64,000 nt of DNA, from assembly GCF_022045235.1 (NCBI RefSeq), contig NW_027266308.1:39556001-39620000 (forward strand). The letters are read 5' to 3'. The notes below the pieces were generated by a model that was given only the letters and a program-made list of their open reading frames with translations, was not told where the DNA came from and did no database searches. The DNA is from Haliotis cracherodii (lineage: Eukaryota). Of the stretch, positions 38,061 through 51,999 are shown in pieces. How positions within the stretch are numbered: position 1 is the first letter of the stretch; the number at the start of each line of letters is the position of its first letter. Both the position numbers and the translations under genes were made by a program.

Positions 38061-38385
38061 AATGAAACCGCTTCATCTGTTTCATATTTAGATCTATCAA
38101 GAATGATTCAGAGTGACACAAAATTACCCACAAGGCTGAATGACAAGAGGGATGAGCTCAGCTATCCAATAGTCAACTTTCTCGTTATGTAGATCAATAT
38201 TCCTGCAGATGCACTCTTTAGTGTCGACATTTTCCTAGTCTTTTAGGTGCAATCGAGCATGCTCTTTCTTTAATGTTCTTTGGTAGTTTTATGGTAGACA
38301 TGCAATTGCAATTCCCGATTTTGACTTGACAGGTGATCAACTGACTTACTTTTGCGTGTGTTTGTGACGGGTGACACAGGCGACT
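38061..38385 (+). mobile_element. Penelope-like retroelement RT C-terminal relic
   Basis: Translates as SYLDL..TRLNDKRDELSYPIVNF..NIP, then TTTTATGGTAGACAT and TGTGTTTGTGACGGGTG, which are shared with other copies. Confidence 0.65.
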
Positions 38386-41356
38386 AGGCTTGTCGTAAGG
38401 GGCGACTAACGGGATCGGATGGTCAGGCTCGCTGACTTTGGTTGATGCATATCATCGTATCCCAATTGTGTAGAATGGTGATCATGCGGTCGAACACTGG
38501 ATTGTCTGGTCCAGACTTTTTTTTACAGATCGCCTCATATAGCTGTACTATTGCTGAGTGCGGGTTAAACAAACAAATAAACAAACAAACAAACAAACCA
38601 CATCGCCGAGAGTACGGCATTTGATAAATATCCCGCCAATATAGTGTTCATATATGGCACAAATATTGGAAAGCGAACCCGAATCCACGCCAACGCTTTA
38701 ATACAAACACCTTGGCAAGCTCGCCGCCATTTGCCTACAGCAAGAGCAACACTCAATTGCAACGGCTAGGTTGTAAATAAAACAAAAAGTATACAGACAA
38801 GGGGGAAAGGCAAGTTTTCACATTTGCAACCCGTTTAATGGTTGAACTAACGTGTGAAGAAGTCTCAGCCAAAACATAAATTCAATATTCCACAAATTGA
38901 GACAAACCTGTCAATCACGAGCTCGTTGTGTTCCTGACATCATTTGCACGGAGAGTTCAAGTTGCACGTGCATCATCCACCATAAGCTCGTGGTGATCCT
39001 GACATCTGACACCTTTTGCATGGAGAGTTGAATATGCACGTGCAGCACGAAGTCGACTAATGCGTTTATCGGCAATCGAAGTCCCGGATGAAATGATCTC
39101 ATCGCTGTGGCAGCATGGAGGTTGGAAGCATTGATAGCGAAAGTGGTCCTATTAGAATTCTTTTTTGACATTAATATAATGAAAATACGCCTTTCACTAT
39201 GTATTTTTTTTAATGAAAGTAGGCTATCGGTTTTTTAAAAGAAACTGACGGAATCAATGTATATATTGTTGGTATGAAGAAAGAAATTAACTCTTCAGAA
39301 GTAGTCTATTGAAGGAAAAGCACGGGTGAAAACAACTGGAGTATTTTTAGTAATATTTTTAACATAGGTGCAGTATCTACTCTCGGAAAAATGTTCACGC
39401 AAGGGATTCCGCTTCAAAGTGATAACCCTTTAAAATAACACACCATTCATGATGTAAGAATTTTGTATGTGATAAAAAAACAGAACAAATAGTCGAACAA
39501 GATCTAATGGGGATTCCGGAGTAGAATTCGCCGTCATTTACCCTCAGCTGGCTGGTTTGTTTGTTTGTTGTTTAACGCCGTACCCAGCAATGCTCCAGCT
39601 ATATGACGGCGGTCTGTAAATAATCGAGTCTGGACCAGACAATCCAGTGATTGACATTATGAGCATCGATCTACGCAACTAGGGATCCGATCCGTTAGTC
39701 GCCTCTTAAGACAAATATCTTGGAGACTGAGTGGATCAGGTGGTCATCCACAGAAACTCGATGATAGCGTGCAGAACATAATATTTTCGTATAGAAAAAG
39801 TAACACACTTCTATACATATAGACAAAGAGTGACACCCGCTATCTTGGCCCTTATTTAATCAGAAACGCTAACTGAGTTCAAGCCCGTGTAGTGCCGTAA
39901 TTTTCGGCCACCTTTTTCTTGTTTACCTCGGCGGCGAAGCTTAGGGTTGAGATCTGATGGAAGTTTTCAAATACATACGAGGTAAGGTGACCACAGATGA
40001 ACTCAGGTGTATAGCTAATGGTTTGTTTAGCAAGTGCCAATAGGTTGAAATAAGTGACATTCATATTTCATGCGATATCGAGCTGTGATTCGAACCGAGA
40101 GCGAAATCTTGAACAAGGTCCAAGATGGCGGGTATCACTCCTTGTCTATATGTAAAGAGGGGTGTGATATTTTTCTTTACGAATATGTTATGCTCTACAC
40201 GCTATCATCGAGTTCCTGTGATGTCATCGTTCCCCAGTGACGTGATGCTTCAGTCACTGGTTTGTCTGTTCCAGACTCAATTATTTGCATTCCTCCACGA
40301 TTTTGGTGGGATAGTGCTGACGTCTTTAAACAACGTTCACTCAGTAAATAGTCAAACACGTTACACACACAAAACAGATGAAGACGTCGGTATTGAATGC
40401 TTAGTCGTATCCGACTGGTCTGCAAATGCTAGTGTTATACTCGACACGTTTTCAATCTAAGTGTTTATTAAAGTGAGTATGGTTTAACTCCAATCAACGA
40501 TTTTTCATCAATATCACGATGGGGGACACCCAAAATGGGCTACACACATCGCACCATTGTGGGGAACGAACTGCCCCACCTTTATTGAAGACACAGGGTC
40601 GAAATTTCAAACACGATCAAGACAAGAATGTTCTTACACGACATAGACCCCGTCCCTGAAGACGACAGAACGCAAATACATGTACGTTAACGGAGATTTA
40701 AGACAATCGCAGCCTTGAGATCGCTTTGTGGAACGGGGCCTTGTATTGAGCTGAAGTGGAAGAATACCATTTTCTTCCAGAACATTTGGGTATTCATAAA
40801 ACATTGATTATTTTTGTAAAATGACATTTATTTTTTCACCTCCTGTATTAAGGTTTTCGAGGGGATAAAAAAGTAAGGCGAGTGTTCTCAGCGTTAAGTT
40901 GCCTCGCCTTTTCTTTAAGCCGCCATGACAAGAAACATTGTGGTGCCATCTGGGGCCAAAGTTATGTTGTTACAAACAAAACTGATATATAATCTAGGTA
41001 GACATATCAAATGTATAAAAACTATTGATTTCGACAAGATTTAACATTTCCTGCAGGCCTTCTAAAGCTACCCCATAAAGCATGCATGTCGAAGCATTAG
41101 GGATTTAATGCTCGATGGAACTTTCGCTGTAAATTATTCATATGACATAAAACTTTCCATATGAATAAAAGTATTCCTGTCTTACGTCTCTGGCATGGGT
41201 GATGTGCATTTTGATGCATTGCTTTCGTTAAATGGTCATTTGCCTCCGTATGCAAGTGTTGGCATGATACGATCATATTGGATCCAGGCAGAGTTCGGGG
41301 CAACATCGGTCCCGAGTTCGCCATGGACACCATACGAGTTTTAAAAGCAGCCTTGA

Positions 41357-41588
41357 ACCGTGAAGATCCGGGGTAGAATAGGTCTTCAGCAACCCATGCT
41401 TGCCGTAAGAGGCGACTAATGGGATCGGGTGGTCAGGCTCGCTGACTTAATTGATGCATGTCATCGTATCCCAATTGCGTGGATCGATGCTCATGTTATC
41501 AATCACTGGATTGTCTGTTCCAGACTCGATTATTTACATACATCTAGAATATCGCTGAGTGCGGCGTTTATACAACAAATAAACACAC
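41357..41588 (+). mobile_element. SINE-like family A
   Basis: Matches the consensus. Confidence 0.88.
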
Positions 41589-41724
41589 ATAAGCAGACTT
41601 AGATTAGGATAGGGTACAAACAATGTGTGAACTGGCAACGAAAAACGCTTCTCATCAAAGGCCCCTCGCTGGACTCTCAAAATTATGCCTCAATACAAGG
41701 TTTCGTAACAAATGTTTTCGACCC

Positions 41725-42008
41725 GTGAGTGAGTGAGTGAGTTGTGTTTAACGCCGCATTTAACAATATTCCAGTTATATCGCGGCGTGTCAGCTTAATG
41801 TGGGAGGAAAGCCCGAAGTGTTGCAGGTCTCAGACGTTTACCACTTCGGTGAAACCCACGAGCACGGGCATGGTGCTAACAAACCTTGAAACATAATCGG
41901 GGCGAACCGGGATTCGAACCGACAATTATAAGTGTCTGGTGTGCCCAAGGGACGCAGCTCTGCACAGCGAATCGCGGCGCCTTAGACGACTGGGCCACCC
42001 GTGCCCCT
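41725..42008 (-). mobile_element. SINE C inserted at the head of a family A copy
   Basis: TSD TTCGACCCGTGA. The empty site is visible at ~36539-36551. Confidence 0.92.
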
Positions 42009-42254
42009 TGTTCGACCCGTGAAGATCCACGGGCCCATTCTTGTAAGAGGCGACTTATGGAATCGGGTGGTCAGGCTGACTACGTTGATGCATATTATCG
42101 TATTCCAACTACGTATAACGATGCTTATGATGTGAACCGCTGGACAGTCTGATTATTTACAGACCAACGTCATATTGCTCGGCATGACAAACAACGCTTT
42201 AACCACGAGACTGCTGTGGTTTCGGCATGACGAAGACAAGCAACCGTAACCATC

Positions 42255-42520
42255 GGGGATCGCCTCCGTGGTCTAGTGGTAGAGCGTCCGCCCGGAGAGC
42301 GGAAGGTACGGGGTTAAGACGGAAAGACGTTAAAAGATGGAACTTGTTGTTGCCCTGCCTGACGCTGTGCAACGAGGAGCTAAACCAAGGACTGGTCGGC
42401 TCGGAGACAGTATATTGTGTCTGAGTGAGGTATTCACGTTAAACTGCGACATGGTATCCCAGTGGGCTAGCGCTATACATTCGGCATAGTACAAGTAGCC
42501 ACATTTCACCTCACCTCACC
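42255..42520 (+). mobile_element. tRNA-derived SINE D (other pieces at ~14030-14210 minus and 18075-18325)
   Basis: tRNA-like head GTGGTCTAGTGGTAGAGCG. Central GGACTGGTCGGCTCGG..CAGTATA.TGTGTCTGA is shared with the copy near 18120. (CACCT)n tail. Confidence 0.7.
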
Positions 42521-43427
42521 AACCGTCCGTGAACATATCATTACTTTACCGACCTACTTATTCATGTACATAACATATACAACCGTAGATTAGTTTTGAC
42601 AACCTTAAAAGTATTCAACACTCCAAACTCTTTGATGTTAGGAATCGTCTAGATTGAAATGAAAGTACCCGCCAACGAGTCTGCGAATGGAAAATTAATG
42701 ATTCAGCTTGTGTTTTTCTATATGTCACTTGAAGTATGATTTCTTCGGAAAGACGTTAATATTTGGACACAAATACATAAAGTTCATATTGTTTGTAGAA
42801 CGGTAATATCTTTAAACGCATTGGAATATAAAAAGACATGTTGTACTTGCAATTCAAAGACCGTTGTGCTTTTCCTCTGAAGAGACTGTTGAAACTAACG
42901 ATCGATATTTCTAATCCACAATCTGTATTGACTTTAAGAAGTGTGCCTAAACACTGCCAACACGAAAATGACACAGCGTTTAGTGCACCACACAATACAT
43001 TCCGGTCGATACTTAAAAAACACGACGCTTAACTTAATAATAACGTTATTTTACATGTCTAAATAATTGAGAAGAATTTCACGAGAAGTGACAGTTTTGA
43101 CTGACAGCATGTCACCCACACTTTGGGATATTGATCAAAGGCGCCGCTTTGCAACGTGTTAAATATGCTTAAATAATTAAAATGATGGCAAGCTTAAGAA
43201 ACCTGTCATTCATGTTTTTTCTCTGAAGAAACATGTTCACTGTTTCTTTCAAAGCATTTTTATGTTTGTGGATGCTATTTGTCTGGGGAATGGTGTTTTG
43301 CACGTTTTTCATTTGAGACGAATGAGACATCGCTTAAACGTGCTAATCGTTTTACCGTATTATAAATGTAACACATGTATTTTGTCCCAAGACATAACGG
43401 AGAAGTGTAAATTTGATTTCAATAGGT

Positions 43428-43460
<33 letters not shown>

Positions 43461-43566
43461 CAGGTAGATACCCGTGGGTACATTTAAGATTATCTGTTAA
43501 AATCATCCGACTGGTCAAGTTCGGTAGTAAACGAATTAATCATACAGTGGGTCAACCAAACATATA

Positions 43567-44952
43567 TACTGAACCGCAAAAGAAACGTCACCCCAAGTAA
43601 CATTGCATGAAAAGTTTTCATTTAAATATCTGGGTAATGTTTTGTCAAAGTTTCTAAAATTTAACATTACCTTGTCCGGAAAAATGAAATTTGATGATAA
43701 AAAAACAAAGCAGATGACAATAAAACCGAACGCCAAACCGCATCATGGCAACGGCCATGGTAACCCGATGCACGTGAGTTCCGTGCAAATTGAAATGCGC
43801 ATGCGTTCCCTCATTTCTTGCCGTATTAAAATCCTTCCAGATCGGAAAACATTCATTCGTTATTGAATTGCTACCATATGCCAAGATTGACAAGAAATCA
43901 GCGACACCAAGCCCTTGGACGATTGCAAGCAGGACAAACCGCCCGGCAAGTAGTCAATGCATTTCATGTAAGGACCATATACCGGATCCAGAGACGGTAC
44001 CAGACCACCCAAACTACAGATGACCGACCACGTAGTGGAAGACCAAGGGTCACCACCCGACGTCAGGATCGTCAGATTGTGCGACAGCATCTTCAAGATC
44101 GCTTTGTTACTGCTGCGGAAACTACTCGACAGACCATGGGGACACACCGTGCCTCGACGATTGATGAGCAGACACATCCACTGTCTCAGGCCACACCGAG
44201 GACCCATTCTGACACCACGTTATCGCCGGGTCCGTCTTCAGTGGGCAACACAGCACCAGTATTGGCGCCACCAGCAGTGGAGAAGAGTTCCCTTCTCAGA
44301 CGAGAGCTGTTACTGTATCTCAACAGAAGATGGTAGAGAGAGTGTCTGGCTACGCCGTATAGAACGTTATTCGGATGCTTGTGTTGTTGAGAGAAACTCG
44401 TGGGCTGGTCCGAGCATCATGGTGTGGGGTGGAATTGATCTTGCACAGAGGGTCGGCCCTGTGGCCTTCCAGAAATTCGGTCCAGGGAGAGGCAATGGTG
44501 TCACAGCAGCTCGGTACATTGATCAAGTCTTGAGACCACACTCCATACCTCATTTGGCACCTGTGGGACGAGATTCAAAGTCGGCTGAATGGCGTCCGAC
44601 CCAGGCCGACAACTGCAGCTGAACTGCGTCAGGCATTCCTCAGAGTGTGGGCTTTAGTGCCTATGATATTGATAGTGGCCTTCATCAACCGCCTCATCCA
44701 TTCCATGTATCGACGTTGCACGGCAGTCATCAATGCACACGGCGGACACACGAGATACTGACTTGTGATGCAATTTTCTGAGACTAGTGTTGTGTTTCAC
44801 TTTACGAACATTTGACACTTTAATTTCAACCTTGATGATCAGTTTTGCCAAGTTTCATCTTTTTATTATGTCTCAAAGTATGTTTACAGTGTTTGGACAA
44901 ATAAGGTTCCTCATATATCTATCCATGGTGACGTTTCTTTTGCTGTTCAGTA
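43567..44952 (+). mobile_element. Tc1-family DNA transposon with frameshifted, partly deleted transposase (43878-44761)
   Basis: TIRs TACTGAAC(C/A)GCAAAAGAAACGTCACC at both ends with TA target duplication. Protein motifs MPRL..GRPRVTT (HTH), FSDES, MVWGGI and terminal GGHTRY*. Confidence 0.95.
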
Positions 44953-45599
44953 TATTTATTGTACAAGCATATATGGAGAAACAAACAAACAAACACACTT
45001 GAGGCAGGCACAATGATTCACGAAGCCAGCACGGGCATACGCACACACAAGCACGCATACGAGGCAAATCGAAAAAATCGCTGCCTCATATATAAATACG
45101 TCTTTGTGTAATGTAAGGTTTGAACGCGTGTAAGAAAAATATCTTCTCTTTTAAGACACAACGCCATCTCTCAAACTGATAACATTCCCTGTTTTCGAGA
45201 TGTCAACTGGAGAATTTGAAAGGGCTAAGAAAAATGCGAAAATGGAGAAAAGTGAGAAAGAGCTGTGATCGAGTACCGGCATGTCACCATAGAATATATG
45301 GGGTTTTGGTATGACTGACTGCAAAATCTGGTGAATACTGAGAATGTTCAATGTGTTAATAGCCACAGTCATACATTACAGCCATTGCAACATCAGACTT
45401 AACTATGAACATGTGCATTGTCCTGGAAGAACAATACAACTTTTGCGAGTTTTCTACGACGCTCAGCCTTGATATGCTTATGAAGGTGCCTGAGAAGATT
45501 AGCATGTTACTGATGTTCTGACATTCAGGGACGTACGTCCACCAGTGGACCTCCTTTGGAATCCCCGAAAACCGAAAACATCACCTAACCAGCTGATAG

Positions 45600-46604
45600 A
45601 AGAGACATTAGATTAGATGTTTCCACTGTGTTGACTGTTGTTTAGTCTCTGCGTTATCGTGATGAAACTAAGACTCATCCATGGTTACAAATCGCTTAAA
45701 AATCAGCTGGGTCTGGTTCAAAAGGACGTACATTCTTACGAGTGATGATGTACCTTGAGCGTTTCTGATCAGGAGTCAGAAGCGTTGGAAGCCAGCGTGT
45801 TGAAACCTTTGCCATGCACTGTTCGTTCCTGAGAACAGTCTCAGACTGTGACGTGAGTCGTCGATCATCCAAAATCATATCATGCATTTTATCAACATTT
45901 TCTTCGTGGTGGCAGTTGAAGGCCTACTGTATTAGCTATGTGACGTAAAGTGAGTCGTCGATCAGTCTACCTCTTAACAGTGTCAACGGAAAGTGCACCA
46001 TCCCCTGAGTAAGTGAGTGAGTGAGTATGGTTTTACGCCGCTTTTAGCAATATTCCAGCAATATCACGGCGGGGGAAACCAAAAATGGTTTTACACATTG
46101 TACCCATGTCGGGAATCGAGCCCGAGTCATCGGCCTGACGAGCGAACGCTTTAACCACTAGCCTACCCGACCTCCCCGACGCATCAGTGACTAAAAATAA
46201 TATCAGATGCAATTCTCTATTTTGACTTGTACCATATGTTACCGTGAATTTTTAGGTGAATAATTTACCTGCCTTTATGTGTTTGCGACCGATGGCACTG
46301 GTGGGGAAGGATATTCTCACTTTTCCGCGAACACCAGGTATCATCACTATTTGATAGTTATCATAAAAACATGTCCATGGTGTAGTCGGAATTGTACAAC
46401 GGACTTTTATTGTCAAACATTATTCCATGAGCTCCAGTCTTTGGTATCTACATTTCACACGCCTCGTGCACAAAAGGTGTTAGATCAGGGTTAAAACGTT
46501 CAAAGCTGTGAGAATGGGAAGTATTGTATTTAAAACGTGCAAAACCTGAAGGCTGTAGGATATTTTCCTCGTAGTTTGGCTGGTCTTTTCAATCACCCCT
46601 CGTA
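45600..46604 (-). mobile_element. Degenerate mariner relic with nested SINE B and a Penelope-like fragment
   Basis: KVSTRWLPTLLTPDQKR (WVP motif region). TIR-like CTTTTCAATCACCCCTCGTA near 46585-46604. Confidence 0.7.
46007..46178 (-). mobile_element. SINE B
   Basis: Matches the consensus. Confidence 0.88.
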
Positions 46605-46899
46605 CCTGTTACAATTCATCACATCACATCACTGACACTATTCGGATCTGTTTTCTGTTAATCGCAACTGACTAACTCCACAAGTCGTCCTCAAGATCTG
46701 AAGTTGACCTGACTGAACATATCCTCATGATCCGTCATCAGCAGTATCCTGATACCTGATGTATAAGAACTGTAACCCAGGGTAGGACCTTGGTGGCCCA
46801 CCACTTTCTCCATCACCACGAAGTCAAATCTTCAGAGCAAATTCCGTTGAAACATTTGGCATCACATCCACAAAAGAAGTACAAGAGGGTTGGCAATCA

Positions 46900-47625
46900 C
46901 AGACACAACCATAAAGGGAGACCAACACAGATGCACGTCACACAGGTACAACCATGCAGGGAGACAAGCACAAATGTAAGGAACACAGGCACAACCCTAC
47001 AGGGAGACCAGCACGGATGTGAGAAACACAGGCACAACCATACAGGGAGACCAGCACGGATGTGAGAAACACAGGCACAACCCTACAGGGAGACCAGCAC
47101 GGACGTGAGAAACACAGGCACAACCATACAGGGAGACCAGCACAGATGTGAGAAACACAGGCACAATCCTACAGGGAGACCATCACAGATGTGAGAAACA
47201 CAGGCACAACTCTACAGATAGACCATCACAGATGTGAGAAACACAGGCACAACCATACAGGGAGACCATCACAGATGTGAGAAACACAGGTAGAACCATA
47301 CAGGGAGACCAGTACATATGTGAGGAACACAGGCAGAACCACAAAGAGAGACCAGCACAGATGTGAGGAACACAGGCAGAACCACAAAGAGAGACCAGCA
47401 AATATGTGAGGAACACAGGTACAACCATACAGAGAGACCAGCACATATGTGAGAAACACAGGCACAACCCTACAGGGAGACCAGCACAGATGTGAGGAAC
47501 ACAGGTACAACCATACAGAGAGACCAGCACAGATGGGAGCAACACAGGCACAACCATACAGAGAGACCAGCACAGATGTGAGGAACACAGGCACAACCCT
47601 ACAGATAGACCAGCACAGATGTGAG
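46900..47625. repeat. 43-bp minisatellite, about 17 copies
   Basis: Unit AAACACAGGCACAACCATACAGGGAGACCAGCACAGATGTGAG. Confidence 0.95.
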
Positions 47626-47923
47626 GTAAACGCTTATATCACGGCCATCTGTGATCGACTCTGGACCAAGCGAACCAGTGGCTGAAAGCACGAACAATAA
47701 ACCAAGACTTCGGTTTACGATGACGTGCCAAAACCAATTCACAGAGCCTGGCCACCCGATTTCCATGTAAGCCATGGGGGCCTTTTCATGTGATTTCCAT
47801 TCAATGTATGGTAAAAAATAAATGTTCTGGGAAATATTTACGGGGAGACTTTCCTCCACATGAAGCCAACATGTGAGATATTATTATCTCAAATACAATT
47901 CAAACCACCTAACTCCCCCCCCC

Positions 47924-47929
<6 letters not shown>

Positions 47930-47982
<53 letters not shown>
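47930..47982. repeat. (CT)n microsatellite (others: (GATA)n 43429-43458, (CAT)n 58607-58646, (ACATG)n 63330-63364)
   Basis: Direct observation. Confidence 0.95.
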
Positions 47983-47985
<3 letters not shown>

Positions 47986-50794
47986 CTCCCATCCAACCAC
48001 ATCCACTCTCAACACAAACCATTAGCATTCTTGGATTGATATGTTAACATTTGAAAAGGGTTTGACAGGTTTTTGATCAGATAATGACACCATGGTTACG
48101 GAACACTAACACACAATAAGTCCAATAACCCCAGTGGAGGAGAGATAGCGTGAACACTTTGAAGCACAATCAGTTGAATGAAACACATTAACTTATTGGT
48201 TATCCTGCTCTCCAACCCCAGGCATAAAATATTAACTAAAATGTCCTGCTTCATATCATCTATTGATAAATGTTCATGTGAAATATTTTGTAAACCCCTT
48301 ACTGTTCACAACATGTGAGAAAAATACCCAGATATTACCTATTTATATTTATCATATTTAAATCAGGAATTTATTGCACATGTTTTATTACAGCATAGTT
48401 TTGTTTGTGTCTCGTAAGTCTTTATGTCTGGTGCTTGCTGAGAATAGGTTACTGTATAATCTCTAATTGATGTTTGACCTGCAAATGAACGCCGGGTGAA
48501 AAACGAGTTGGAAGAATACACAGGTCACTTATACTTATACACTTGGTTTCTAATACACTTCGAGTCAACTAAAACACAGTAAATAAAGAAAAAACAATGA
48601 AACATAACCTACGGTGAAGATATAATTTGATGGTAATTTGACTTTAGCCTTCTAGCGCCTCAAAGGCAGCTTGGGTTGTATGCTCCCAAGGGAGCTGAGA
48701 ATGAAATCACTGTGCACACTGATCCAATGACCAGCTTACTACTAATGCAGCGCTTTGGGCATACATTGTGTATGGAGTTATGCGCTTTATAAGAGGACTT
48801 AATATTATCATTATTTTTTATTTTTACGGTATCCGGGTCTCAAATATACGCCGGGGCGTCATTTAGATAAAATACCATTATCGAGTGCTCGAAAGGTCGC
48901 AAATGCCGCATTCTTCATAGTTGACCAGTTCACGACTGCCTGTAAATTATCCAGCCTGGACCAGCCAAATTAGTGGTTGATAGCATGACTACGATGACAA
49001 ACAATCAGCCTCATGATACAACTTAACCATCCGACATGCACGGGGACTTGATCTGACCCAAGGAGAGAGGGATTTAAAGTGTTATCCGCTTGTAGACCTA
49101 TTCCAAGCGTATCACGGTGGGGTACACCAGGAATGGGCGAACACGGGGATCTGGTGGTGTGAAGTGACCACGCTGACCGCAAGCTAATAACTGTTAGTTT
49201 GATACTCTCCAATCATTCAATCATCCAAGCATTCAATCATCTACAGGCCGACACCATAAAGCAGTTACATATTCTGGCATGTAATTACTCCTACATACTT
49301 ACTAGAATGAGTGAGTGTGAGTTGGGTTTGACGCCGCTTTGAACAGTATTCCCGTTATATCACGGCGTGTCAGCTTGATGTGGGAGGAAAGCCCGAAAGG
49401 ATGCTTGTCTTAGACGTTTATCACTTTGGTGAAACCCATGAGCACGGGTATGGTACTGACAAACCAAGAAACATAATCGGGGCGAACCAGGATTCGAACC
49501 CACAATGATAGGTTTCTAGCGTGTCCAAGGGAAACGACTCAGCACAGGGAATCGCGGCGCCTTAGACGACTGGGCCACCCGTTACTGTGATATCAGAGCT
49601 GTATCGTGGAGTACTGCAGCTGTATCTTAACGACTGCCCCCCCCCCCCCCCCCCCCCCGCCGCCCCTCCTCCATCCGCATGTTTCATCCTTGGATTTACC
49701 TGTCCTTCATGTACCAGCTCCAGAATATACAAAATGTGGAAGCTATCATGTTAATAAAGACACTGCACCAGTTTACGCTCTTCAGATTTTTATCTGGTAT
49801 ACACTTTCAGAAATATCTGATAGGTTTAACCCAATTCTAAATGCATCAATCCGATGAGTTTTATTGTTATTACGGTCGCTATAGTAACACGATGAAAGGT
49901 CATGCCTTAAACTCAATCCGGTTAGGAGCAGACAAAAAAAAAACGTGCGTCATATGCACTGGATCAACGAAACGCAAAAGACGAACACCGCACAGCGTTG
50001 ACAATGCTCAAAAGACGAAACAAATGAAGACTTGTTCGTTGTCTATTCTGTACTTAATAAAATACATTCTTATTAAAAAAAGGATTGACATATTAAAAGG
50101 CAAGCGAAAAAAAATATTGAAATATAACTACGTAAGTAAAACCTTTCAGAAATTACATGGGCGAACTTAACCTTACATCTCTGGTTGCCCTTCTACAATA
50201 ACGTAACGCAAAACCTTGAACACATTCCTCTACACTGACAAATCACACAACAGTGCGGACATCTGTCGAATGAACATCATATTGAAAGGGGACGAAGCAT
50301 GTTATTAAATGAAATGAATTCATTGTGCCTGTAGATAAAATACTCAGCCAAATGTCTTTCTAGAATTAAGTAGCTGAATTTTAAACTGATTGGTTTGTGT
50401 AATCAATGCCATGCCTGTCACCAGTGTTGAACAAGGTAGCAATGACAGTGCGTGGACGAGCAAGCTTTATTATCTGATGTGGAGGCTTTGCAGCATTGTG
50501 TGTTCCCAATCGTATGGCATTCCACGATAATTCAAGACAACTGATTTGGGAAAGGGTAATACGAGTTTACTGTTGTATAAAACAACCCTCGCATATATGA
50601 GCAATGTACTTTGATTGTGAGGTGCTTCAGGTTCCATCTTTTCACGTGTCAAGTTCAATATATGACAGACCCTTTTTGCAACACAGCTCAAAGATGACAT
50701 TTGAATTTGACTGTAAGTTACCGGTTTATTAACCGAAAAAGTTTATAACTATGTCATTTTGAGGAAACGAATGGTGAGTTAGGCCGTCTGTACT

Positions 50795-50972
50795 GGGTGT
50801 GGGTGTGGGTTGTGGTTGTTGGTGTGGGTGTGGTTGTGGGTGTGGTTGTGGTTGTGGGTGTGGTTGTGGTTGTGGGTGTGGTTGTGGTTGTGGGTGTGGT
50901 TGTGGGTGTGTGTGTGGGTGTGTGTGTATGTGTGGGTGTGGGTGTGGGTGTGGGTGTGGGTGTGGATGTGGG
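50795..50972. repeat. (GTGGGT/GTGGTT)n hexamer repeat
   Basis: Direct observation. Confidence 0.95.
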
Positions 50973-51999
50973 TCTCTAACCGGGCCTAAATTAACGTTCA
51001 ACTGGAGAATAGAAAGCAGTTATATATCCACCCATTCACCCTTTTGATATTAAGTGGAGAAATATTAACGTAATTTCCTGTTTCATAATACAATACGCAC
51101 GATTTGTACAAATGATTATCGGTAGTCGTAAGGTGATATATTATGCGTCCGATGTTCACACAACGGGTCCGAGCATTTCATAACGTGCGTGACTGCGTTT
51201 GTTTAACGCCATGATCAGTATTCCACTTATGTCAAGGCGAGTCTGCTTAATGTTGGAGAGGGGCGGTAGGGGTAGCCTCGTGGCTAAAGCGTTCGCTCGT
51301 CACGCCGAAGAACCAGGGCCCGATTCCCCACATGTGTACAATGCGTGAAGCCCATGTCTGGTGTTCCCCGCTGGAATATTGTGAAAAGCGGCGTAAAACC
51401 ATACTCACTAATGTGGAAGGAAAGCCCGAAGTGATACAGGTCTCAGACATTTATAACCTCGGTGAAACACACAAGCACGGGTATGGTGCTGACTACCCTA
51501 GCTAGAGACATTATCAGAGCGAACCGGGATTCGCATCCACGATAATAGGTAACAAGCGTACCCAAGGAACACACTCTGCACAGCGAATGGCGGCGCCTTG
51601 CTTGTTCAAAGGTTTTACGGTAGTTGTAATACTATTCGTTGAGATTAATGCCAAAGTGCTCGAGCTTTTGCAATAATATCCTGTGACTTTGCTTTGAGGT
51701 TTCAAAACAAGTTCCCGACCATTATATGCAGCTTTACGGTAGTCGTAATATGACTATGTGTTGATATTTATGTCTGAAGTGCCCGAGCTTTGGCAAGGAT
51801 ATACGTAATCTGACTTTGCTTTGCGATCTACACAAAGAATGCCCGAGCATTTGACAAAGACTTAGCGGTAGTTGTACAGTGAGTTCATATCTATAATGGA
51901 CTGCTTTGAACCTTACAAACTTCAAGATAGCATCTCTGGCACCCACCAGTCACTCCCCACAATTCCCGTGCTTTATCGACCTGTTCACTGTTGGAATGG

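Noticed and set aside
46900-47625. Possible CRISPR array, or Cys-rich ORFs in the 43-bp repeat
   Set aside because: Head-to-tail units with no unique spacers, no cas genes and a eukaryotic context. The unit is not a multiple of 3.
50729-51047. Poly-PH/PQ, poly-V and poly-CG (metallothionein-like) ORFs, and the poly-CV/TH ORFs near 11200-11612 and 13828-14083
   Set aside because: These are translations of microsatellites.
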